From: Camelus ferus
Taxonomy: Eukaryota
Direction: 5' to 3'
Length of the DNA stretch: 64,000 bases
NCBI RefSeq assembly: GCF_009834535.1
Contig: NC_045696.1
Location: 49,416,001 to 49,480,000 of the forward strand
Below the pieces are notes generated by a model. That model searched no databases. It was not told where the DNA came from and saw only the letters and a list, made by a program, of their open reading frames with translations. The translations under genes and the position numbers were made by a program. Shown piece after piece: positions 53,620 to 64,000 of this stretch. Position 1 is the first letter of the stretch, and the number at the start of each line of letters is the position of its first letter.

Positions 53620-56600
53620 ACATTTCTTTTTTCTCTTTTACAGTGTATTTGTTGAGCAAATTTGATTGTTTGTCTTGTAGAATTACTCACAGCCTGGATT
53701 TTGCTTTTATATCTCATGATACCTCCATTTTTCTTTTTCACTTTTAGTTAGATATACAAATTTGATCACATTAAGGTTTTTATTTTTATTTTTTGACAAG
53801 GCTGTTTCGTAGATGATGTTGTATAGTTACATCAGAGGTACATAACGTCTGGTTGTGTAATGTTAACAGCCACTGATGGGTGTTGCCCAAATCCACTCCT
53901 TCGTTATGGGTTGCCAAATAGTGATATTCTAATTCTATCATTCCTTCATTTAGTAGCCGAAGTATTCTTATAAACAGAAACTTCCTCTCATGAACCAATT
54001 ACTTACTAGATGTACAGTTTATATAAGAAAAGCAGAATAGACACATGATTCTTTCCCTTGATTTACCAATTTTAAAAATGAGTTGATTCACTAACATTCT
54101 TAGGTGACCAATAAGTATTTGTGTTAAGTATCAAGAATTCATATGAATTTAAACATATTAATGAGTTTTAATTTGTTATCCTTATTAGGCTGAAAATGTC
54201 CCCCATGTAAAATCTATTAACCCTTTGTCATAGAAGTTGCAAATATTTTCTCAGTTCGGCATCTCTCCTTACTTTCTCATGACATTGTTTCCCATGCGTG
54301 TAATTCTTACTTTTATGAAATAAAATCTATCAGTCTTTTTCCTTATTGGTTCTAATTTTGAGTCACAATTAAGGAAAGCTTTCCCCATTCCCAGATTATA
54401 CAGAAGTTCACTCATGTTATTCCTAACGCTTGCTTTTTTTAATTAGCATTTAAATTTGTGATGTTAGGTTTCTAGTTTAAAAAATTGTGCCTAAATATAT
54501 TTTTATTAATCCTAATGCTTTTTTCCTGTATTTCTTTTTTTTCCCTTTCTGTTGTTCAGTTTAGAAATTTTCTATTGACCTATTTTCCAGTTCACAAATC
54601 TTCTTTTTCATGATATCCTGTAAGTTTTCAACCTCATCAAATTTGTCCTTAATTTCTGATATTATGTTTTTAAGTTATTGTTTTTGATAGATTTTTAATG
54701 CTTTGATGAATGAAATTTCCATTCATCTTTTTCTCTATTTTTGAATGTGTTAAAAAGAGTTATTTCAATGTCCTTCTTGGATTACTCCAATGTTTCTATT
54801 TTTTCTTTTTTTTTTTTCACAACTTGCTCTAGCACATCCCTTCCTTTTGTTATTATTTTATTATATATGTGTATTATATAATAAATTATATATGCAGTTT
54901 ATTATATATTACATATATAAAGAATATATATTGTGCTATTATTGACAATAACACCAAAGGGAAGGGATGGTGAAAGTTGTGGGAAAAACAAAAAAAAGAA
55001 AATAGAAAAAGAAGCAGACACATGAATGATCTCACATAATAAACCCAACAGAACAGTGCTACTGTTCATGGTTTAAAGAATTTCATGTTTTCAAAGAAAC
55101 TGAGAAGAAAAAAAAAATATATATATATATATAGTCTTTTATATTGACTCATATATTTATCATTTTCTGTGCTTTTCACTCCCTCCCGTGGAGTGAAGTT
55201 ACTATTTGGTGTCATTTCCTTTCAGCCTGAGGGACTTACTTTAGAATTTCATATAAGATAAATCTACTTGCCACAAATTCTCTCAGGGTTTTTTTTTCCA
55301 TTTTTATTTTGAAGGATAGTTTCACTGAATGTAGAATACTTAGTGGACTGCATTTCCTTTCAGTGTATTGAATATGTCTTCTGAGCGGCACTGTTCCCAG
55401 TGAGACGTGAGCCAGCAGTTCTATTACTAGTCCCTCCATTCGATAAATCTGGCAGTTTTTTCTTGCTGGTTTCAGTCACTGCTTTCGTACTTTTCTCTTT
55501 GTTTAGGTTTTTAGCAGTTTGATTATGATATGCCTAGGTGGGTGTCTCTTTGTATTTATCTTACTTAGGTTTTAAAATGCTTGGATGTGTAGATTAATTT
55601 GGGGAAATTTTAAAAAATCAAATATGAAGTTTTTGGCCATTGTTTCTTCAAATATTTGTCATCCTCTCATCTCTTCTTCTATGACTCTACTCTACATATA
55701 TGTTAGGGCACTTGACATTATCCTACATGTTCATTTTTCTTCAATCCTTTCTCTCTGTTCTTCAGATTAGAAAATTTATATTAATCCTTATTCAGATATT
55801 CTGATTTTTTTTCTCCTGCCATCTCAAATTGGCTGTTGAGAATCTCTAGTGAATTTTGCATTTTCATTATTGACTTTTCAACTTTAAAATAATCATTTGG
55901 TTTATTTTATAGTTTTCTATTTCTTCACTAAAATTTCCTACGTATTGATTCATTGTCATCACATTTTGCTTTCATCCTTTGCACCTACTTACAATAGCTG
56001 CTTTGAAGTCTGCTAAATCCAATGTAGGGTCTACGAGAATCAGTTTCAATGAACTGCTTTTTTCCTGAGTATGGATTTCACTTTCCTGTTTCCTTCATAT
56101 GTCATCATTGTTTGTTGAAAACTAGACATTAAAAAACAACAAAAAAACATAATGTGACAACACTAGATACTGATTTTTTTTTTAAATTTTGGTAACTTAC
56201 CCATATTTAAATTGCAAAATCTGTCTCCTTTGCAGTGTGTAACCTTCATTATCTCTGCTTGGCTTTTACTATATAATTCTTATGATATTAGTTTGGCTTC
56301 CAAGGAGTTCCTGTATATTGACAAAACCCCTTTATTGGTCCACAGATGAATTTGGCAAAAATTGTGCTCAAATACTTCAAGTCCATTAGGCTTCCACCCT
56401 CTACACATAGCTGTGTATGGGAGGGAGTTAGGGAGTGCATTCAGAGTTGAAGACAGTAATACCATCTCGTCTCCCTTGGCTCTTACTTTTTACTGGGCTC
56501 TTTCAGGTCTCCCCCACTCGTGTGTATATTTTCCCAGTCAGCTTGGGACATGTAGGGAATTTATCTCAGCTAGTTTATGACCCTCTAATTTCTAGAATCC

Positions 56601-58750
56601 CCATGTTAAATGTCTCTCTGGTCTGCCCTTCACCCACAGTGGGACTGCAAATCCAAGCTAACCAAGCGTCAGCTTTTCTCTATTTGTTTCTGACCAAGCT
56701 CGTTCCTGTTAGTTGACAGACAGAAGGATTTTCATGCTCAGACCTAATTTAAGTCTGCCCCTTTTGGAAGGAAAGCTGCTGGGTTTTGTAGCCAGCTGCA
56801 AGATGGGGAAACTATCTTTTCTCACCAACCAAAGCAAGGGATGGAAGGATCTGTAAGCAAGAAGGCTAAAGACTCCTACAATTCTTACTGACACTCTAGT
56901 GGTTTTTCAAGAAGAAATGCTTCTTAATTAAATATTTGCCTTGGTCAGTTTTCATGGTGGTTTTTTAACACATTTGCTCAGTTTTACAGTTTTTTTCCAC
57001 TGACATCTTCATGGCCCCAAAGCCAGGAGTCCTTCAAGTGCCCCCCCAACCCTGTTTTTGATTCTTATATTGTATCTTTATTTTAAAATACATGTTCATT
57101 ACTACTCTTTTAAAACAATTATTTATTCTTAGTGCTAAAGGTAAATACACATTCCTCACTTACCCCCAGCCTTTATGTAAATGCCTCTTCAGTTTGAAAT
57201 GTATTCTACTGCAGGATCCTCAGGGAGTGCTCACAAAGGCAACAGTCCCTGAGTCCTTACATGATGCAACAGATTTAACATAGTCTTTATATTAAAGACT
57301 GAATATAACATCCTTCACTCACAGTTTTCTTTCCATGAGTATATTAAATATGTTACCTTATTATTTTCTAACATAAAGAATTGCTGTCAAAAAGCTAATA
57401 ACAATTTGATTTTCTTTCCCACATCTGGCCTTGTTTAATACTTTTATAAGAATATGCTTAATGTCTGTTCTGAGCCTATTTGCCTACTTTTGCAGTATAA
57501 TCTTTTAATATGTATTTTTTAGTCATTTTATCTTAAGATATTTTACCTGAATTATAATTTTTAGTATTTTTTCTATTATTTCCTTTAGTATCTTCTATTA
57601 AACATTTTTATCTTCTTTGCTTGTCTCTTTCTTTGAATCTCTTTTACCTCTTTTTTCTTTTAAAATTCATTATTTATTACCTTATTTCACTTTAAAATTT
57701 CCCTTATTCTATCTTTTAAAAATTTCTTTTAATGCGTTAGCTTTTGTGTTAATATGTTCTTGGTCTTCATCTAGTTTGCTCTTAATTTCTGGAATGATTT
57801 TCAAAACTTATTATTTCCAGCCCTTCCCTGAATTCTCTCACTTATCTAAACTTTCTTCTCTCCAACTGACTCATTTACCAGTCTATCTAAAATTTTTCAT
57901 AGGTTATATCATTGTCTTTCTTCCTGTTAGCTCATTTTGAATGATTAGGCTGTAGTTTTTATTTATTTTGAAGTCATGTCTTTCTAATATGCTATTATTG
58001 TTGTAGGAATGTTACTTTATTCTCTATTCTTTTTCTTGTGGTATCTTTATATGTAATTCTGCCCCATCTCTTTTCTATTGTTCTATCTAAGTATGTTTAA
58101 GTTAAATGCATTTTGATTTTTGTCATGAAAGGGTGGGCCACACTATCTTTGCTTGTGTCTCTAGAGTGCTCTCTTCAGTTATTTCCAAGGTAAATTATGT
58201 GCCATTTTTCTTTCTGAGATGTACTTCCTTTCCTCCTGTCCCTCACTTTTATCTAAATTGCCTCTTTGCTTTTTCCTATTGGGCCCATCCTGTTTAATTT
58301 GGATTCCACTCCCAGGGATTTCTTCTCAGTCTGGGATAAGTCTGAAGAGTCCCCTCTGCTCAACCACTGACAAGCATTTTCTTGTTTCCCTTGAAGGCAC
58401 TGGTAATTTGGTGCCTACAGACTTCTTCCTTCTCCATTTCTGCTGCTCTTCCCAGATTAGTCTGCCTGTCTTGTCAGGGCTTGCCTGTTGTTTTTTTGAG
58501 GGGTAATTCTCTAGTTCTAAGGCCCTTCAGAAGCCCAGCTGATCTTCCTCTGCTTGTTTTTGCACAGTTGTTAATACCACATGGCCTAGTGGTTTGTCCC
58601 CACGTATTAATGGTGATATACATTGTTATGTAGTGTTCCCGTAGACATTGCCTTTGTGGTCTTAGTTTTGCTACTCTGGTTAGTCTGCTGTTACAGGGAG
58701 TTTCAGAAAGTTGTGCCACTTGTATTGCCAACTTCCCAGAATCTGGGCAA
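53620..58750 (-). mobile_element. Mosaic of old antisense L1 (3'UTR, ORF1, 5' region) and HAL1-like fragments
   Basis: T-rich decayed L1 motifs. The minus-strand ORF 55236-55439 contains SVKLSFKIKMEKKTLREFVASRFILYEILK, which resembles the L1 ORF1p C-terminus. Internal boundaries not resolved. Confidence 0.65.
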
Positions 58751-59954
58751 GCTTTACAAAATTTTAATACTTACGTATCTGAGTAATGCACATTAAAATA
58801 TAATTAACGTATCAAGTGGATTTCAGTCAACTTCACAAATATTAGTGCCTATCAGTTTAAACTGCAATAATTTCAAGAATAAAATTAAATATTATAAATG
58901 GTAGTATGCAAATATGGCATTAAAAATTGATGGTGGTGTACAAATAACTACATTTGGAAGTACCATTATAGTTAAATGACAAAAAAGACACAGGGTTGTT
59001 TTGTTTTGTTGTGTTTTTAAAATTATGGAGTTGGAGTAATATTTGGAAGCACCAATAGAGAGTGAAGAAGGCACTGATCCCACCTCCTGATCTTGAGGAA
59101 ATAAGGGTGTAAGAAAATAAATAACTACTACTTTTTGAGAATGATGCAGAGAAGACGGACCCTAATGGCAAGGCTGGCTTCAGTTAAGGAAAAGGGGAGG
59201 AGGAGTTATCAGGACAGCTGACATTGGTGACAAATTGAAATACAACAGAGTTCTAAGGCTAGATATAACATTCTCAAACTGAGAAATATTCCGATGTGCT
59301 GTTAGTAAGAAGAATGTTCATACCCCATGATCCATTAATTATACTTCTGGGAATTTATCTTAAGTAGCTGAATGGTCAGAAGAAAGCTAGTTTAAGGATG
59401 ATCCTTAATACATAGATTGTAATTGTTTAAATAAAGTAAAAACCCAAACTGAAAGATCATGATTCAGTTATTGAAAATGACTAAACAAATGATGGTGTGT
59501 ATATAAGACATAAAGCCTCTAAAGTTGTCAACCAACTGTAGTTTAAGAACAATGCAAAACATTTTAAGTAAAAATGTAGGTAACATTTTTTGATAAATAA
59601 AATTGCAAAGTATGAAAAAATACATGCATACAAACAAGATTTATATAGATGTAGAAAAAAGGAAATACGATTTTCAGGATATTGGGATGATATAATTATT
59701 TTCATTTATAAATTAATTTTGGTATTATTATAATTCAGTCACAAATGTATATATATATTTGTATATAACTTTCTCAAAAAGGGAGACTATAAGACTATTC
59801 ATCTCATATCACTTTAAAAATGAAAATAATTCGTGAGTGGTGCTTTCTCAGATACATCCTTATATATTTTATATTTTTCTGTATTGTTTCCGTATATATT
59901 TTTCTGTATCATTTCTTCTTTGGAGAAATATTTATAAGCTCTAAAAATACAATT

Positions 59955-60320
59955 AGGTATGGAAACAGTAAAAAGATCAGTGGATGTCAGGAGGAAGGGA
60001 TGACCAGGCAGAGCACGGAGGAGTTTTAGGGCAGGGAGACTATCTGTATGATTCTACCATAGTGGATACATGTCATACATTTGTCAAAATCCATAGAATT
60101 ACAACACCAAGAGTGGACCCTAACGTAAATAAGCTGTGGACTTTGGGTAATAGTGACATGTTGATGGGGACTCACTGACTGTAAGGAAGGTATCGCTGTT
60201 GATAGGGATGTTAAGAGTGGGGGAAGCTGTGCATGCGTAGGAGGAGGCGGTATATGGAAACGCTCTGTACTTCCCACTCAATTTTGCTATGAACCTAAAA
60301 TATCTGTTTAAAAATGCTTA
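59955..60320 (+). mobile_element. L1MC1-like LINE-1 3' end
   Basis: gtaaaaagatcagtgg...agagcacggaggagttttagggcag...acatttgtcaaaatccatagaattacaacaccaagagtggaccctaacgtaa...ctcaattttgctatgaacctaaaa. Confidence 0.8.
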
Positions 60321-60665
60321 TTAATTTTTTTTAAAAAATTAGAGGCTGGGTTATAAAGTTTTATATTCTACCAGATCAAGGAAATATGATCTGAAACCTA
60401 AGGCACCAATTTGGGGTTAAAGCAGAGGGAGGGGCCAAATTGTAATTTGGATTCTTTTAGTTTCTGTGTAGTTTTTCAGCGAGAAGCAACTCTGTTTCTT
60501 AGTGGCTCTGTTTTGCCATTTGTACAATGAGGACTATAGGTGGGGTACTCTTTATAGGTGTACCCTGAGGGTAGATGACCGTCTATACTAAAACCTTTTT
60601 AGATTAAAAGCACTTTACAAACCAGTCACAGATCCATGTATTTTCCAACTTATGTTTTGTTACAG

Positions 60666-60790
60666 TGACACAGGATGGATGGAGAAGCAACCATACAGTA
60701 GAAATAGAGATAAACCAAACTCTGGAAATACCATGCTTTCAAAATATCTCCTTAGAAATTTCATCCGAGTTCACCTTTGCATGGTTGGTG
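60666..60790 (+). CDS. CD96: CD96 exon 3, N-terminal part of Ig domain 2
   Basis: Acceptor gttttgttacag| (phase 1). Translates (V)TQDGWRSNHTVEIEINQTLEIPCFQNISLEISSEFTFAWLV, against human VTADEWNSNHTIEIEINQTLEIPCFQNSSSKISSEFTYAWSV (recalled). Donor GTG|GTAAGT. 125 nt. Not present in the ORF track. Confidence 0.93.
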
Positions 60791-63700
60791 GTAAGTGTTG
60801 CCCTTTTCAGTGAATAACTGCAATGATCTTTAAATGTTAATGAAGTAAAAGTGAATAACAGGTAATAATAGGAAAGGAAACATACTGGACAAGAGGCAGG
60901 CATTATGCCAAAGGCTGGGGAACAGTGAGGGGTAGGGAAGGAGGGACCCTAGGATTCCTTCTAACTCAGCAAGCCTCCGGGTTTTTGGATGCAGTAACTT
61001 AGAAAGTAGTTCCTAAAGCTTAGTTTCTATCTCAAGCTATACACTGAACCCTGCTTACAGAGAGAAGATGTGTGATAGTGGAGCCACGTCCAGCAGAAGC
61101 CCCTGCTCACACGTTTGTTTCACACACAACATGTGCAGAGGCATGCACCTGCTCTTCCCAGAACCCTTACCACTACATCCTGGGAAGTACACTACAGTGC
61201 TTTAGACGGGGACACATGAACTCTAATGCTTATCAAACACAGGGAGAAAATGTACATCAGAGAAGCAGGACCTGTGCCAGAAACAGCCGCTGCTCAGCTC
61301 TTTTATTTTCACAGGTAAAGCCAGGCCCAAAGTTGCCATGTTTTCTGACTTAAACACATACACACAGAAATTGATTTTTATGAGAAATTTCCCAAAGCAA
61401 GGCAACCAAACGGCAGCCAGCTATTCACCACTATATATAGTAGACCTCTGATACTGTCGGGAAGTCAGTTGGTAGCAGAAGTCTGACACAGTTATAAAAA
61501 CCATAAACACAATTTCAAGAATTATGTAATAGGGTGTTTATTAAGATGATCCAGAATATGATTATATTAATCTCAGATCATCAACAAAATGGAAACACAA
61601 GATTTAAAAATTCTTACAGAACTAGTGAATGTCCGTGAATGTAGCAGCTGATACAGTTTGCAAAATACTGTACTCACATGACTGATCATTCCTCTGACAA
61701 GTTACTAGATTTTTGTGGACTGCCTTGGAAATTAGACCCTTCGTATAAAATGATTTCTCTGAGGATGTGCCAAATCCAAAATAACTGACTTGCAAATAGG
61801 CCTTAAAATGCAACCTACTGATCGTCTTTGACTATACAGGTATTTTTTAGTCAGTAGGATCAAAAAAATTATAAAATAACTTTCTCAAATTGCTCTAAAA
61901 TCTACAATGCTTCTTTGTTATCTGTCAAAAACCACATTTTTAAGTTTCCGAAATGTCAGACTTCCTGCCTGACATTATGCCTTTCATTAGTATAAGTCAG
62001 TTGTTCTTAACAAATGTGATACAAGGTGGGTCTTAGAAAATACAAGTGGAGATGATCTCAAGAAGGCAGAAACCTGCTATACTAAACATTACTGTAATGG
62101 AAATGCACTGTTTATACCTTGTTTTTATTATTAATATTTTCCATCAATGGCCACAATGTTTCTACCCTAATTATCACAAATTTGCTATCAATGCGAGTGG
62201 TAAGTTTAATAATAATAAATAAGACTAAAGTTTAATAAAGCTTTACTGTAGAGATTTTTGCTGGCTTGCAAGTTGATCTGTAGGGGTCTTATCTGGAGGG
62301 TGTCTCACTAGTTTTTCCAAGCAATTAAAGTTTTCAGGCAGTTTGTGCCTTTTCTATGACCCTGAGCTCCTCCAGGACAAGAAAGCTGCATCACTCATTT
62401 CAAAAATCCCTGTCATCTAGTATAGTGAGTGTCTAGAACATAGGCACTCAATAAAGATTTAGTAACTAATTGAATGGATCTGTTTCTCTTCATCTCCTTT
62501 CTTCATAGTCCTATTCACTCGCCTGGTATTAAATTGGTAGTCACTAAACCTCATGCTGTCTGGCTGATTGGTTAATGAGCAGCTCATTAAGTGTCAGTGA
62601 CTAGATAACTGATACAGTGTCCTCTACCTGATGGGTGATAAGATACCTGATAAGAAGGCACATGGACATTATCTCTGAATCCTGCCAGCACATTTAGGAT
62701 AAATGAGGAGCAGAGAGATCGTACCTGAGCTCACATAGTGAGAGAGGGTCCCCTAAACGTCTGCTGGAACGTGGAGCCATGCTCTGATTTTAAAGAGTGC
62801 ATCATGATGGAGACAACTTGGGGAATCTTTTTGAAAGAAACCCCTCTTCAAAGGGAACATTGTATTGGCAAATGTACTGATTGAATTCCTACTGTGCATT
62901 ACCTTTTTAAATGTCAAAATCTATTTGCTCCTCTGATTTACATCCGCACGCCACGCTGTTGGCGAGGTGGGATTCAGCAAGCCTGAGATGAAATCATCAA
63001 ATCTCCCATTATTAAGGAATAAACTGTGCAGCTCTTTATGTCATGACTGTTATAGGTCTGCAGAGGGCATAAATATCCCCTCAACTCATATTTTAGTTCT
63101 TTAGTCTCCCGTTAAGCTGGCAGTAATCATCATAATGATAACCAATTGTTCTTACAGACATGATATAATGTGGCTTTTAGAAAAAGGTTAAAAAGTAGCA
63201 CTGGTGAAGATGAGCTCAGGAGGGGAGAAACTGCTATACTGAACTCAGTAACTCCGGGGAGCTGCAGAGTGCACCCGCTTCAGGTGCTGAGTCAAACCCT
63301 GGAAACAATTTGATGAACTAGAATCATTTAAATCGAGGTCACTGGAAAGCAAAAGCCATGCATATCCTGTATGTGAAATTTTATAAATTAATTCAGTTAT
63401 GACCCTCATGGGAAGGGTTATTACTGGGATTCTCAGTTATCATAAAAATATTATTTGCTGTGTGTACCTGATCCCATGCTGAGGCTGTGTTAAATGTGTT
63501 CACGGAGCAGATCTTTTGCATTTGGGGAAGTAACATTTCAGGATCACAATTACACTGAAGTAGAAAAGGCATCTGGTGCAAATAGTGTATCCACCATTTA
63601 TCTAGCATGAGAAGTGACTAAGTAAACACAAAGGGTTACCCTTCAGTGGACACTGAGGGTCCATGAGCATGGTGGGATGATGTGTAAGAAGTTGTACAAT

Positions 63701-64000
63701 GTGTGTATTTAGATGGAATGCAGTTGATAGAGAAAGGACAAGTTAAATTTTTTTCCCAGTTTATGTCCTGGGGCACAAGATATAATCATCAGGGAAATTC
63801 TTCATGCTTACACTGGGAGCTTCTAAATACAGTCTCATATTCTGTGTTCATTCCAAACTATCATCCTGATTTCCTACAGCATAAATTTCCATTCAATCTA
63901 ACAAACATATGTGAATCTGTTTTAAGTGCTAGGTCCTGCAGGGACACAAAACTGTATTGGACATATTTCCTACTATGAAATACAACTTGAATAAAAATGT

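Noticed and set aside
61560..61660. Possible next CD96 exon (cag|ATCATCAACAAAATGGAAACAC...)
   Set aside because: The translation does not match the expected continuation (EDNGTQETL..., recalled) and hits a stop. The next exon probably lies beyond the window.
1..64000. Prokaryote-type systems (CRISPR arrays, operons, defence islands)
   Set aside because: The window is mammalian intergenic and intronic DNA. I saw no regularly spaced repeat-spacer array and no dense coding region.

Overview
Mammalian genomic DNA, very probably camelid (camel, llama or alpaca), judged from a Vic-1-type SINE at about 10.43-10.57 kb. The first ~47.5 kb is repeat-rich intergenic sequence (LINE-1, L2, MIR, MaLR/ERVL LTRs, hAT MITEs, microsatellites) with no protein-coding gene I can support. 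The rest holds the 5' part of CD96 (TACTILE, a PVR/nectin-family T/NK-cell receptor) on the + strand: promoter/5'UTR, exon 1 (signal peptide, 47761-47821), exon 2 (Ig V domain, 49720-50077) and exon 3 (start of Ig domain 2, 60666-60790). The gene continues past the window. The main finding is that exon 2 is 358 nt (3n+1) and carries a +1 frameshift that gives a premature TGA at 49914-49916. Both halves of the exon, all splice sites and the other exons look intact, so this is either a recent loss-of-function allele or a sequencing/assembly indel. I found no evidence for a new multi-gene system. Repeat subfamily names and comparisons with human CD96 are from memory, not from database searches.
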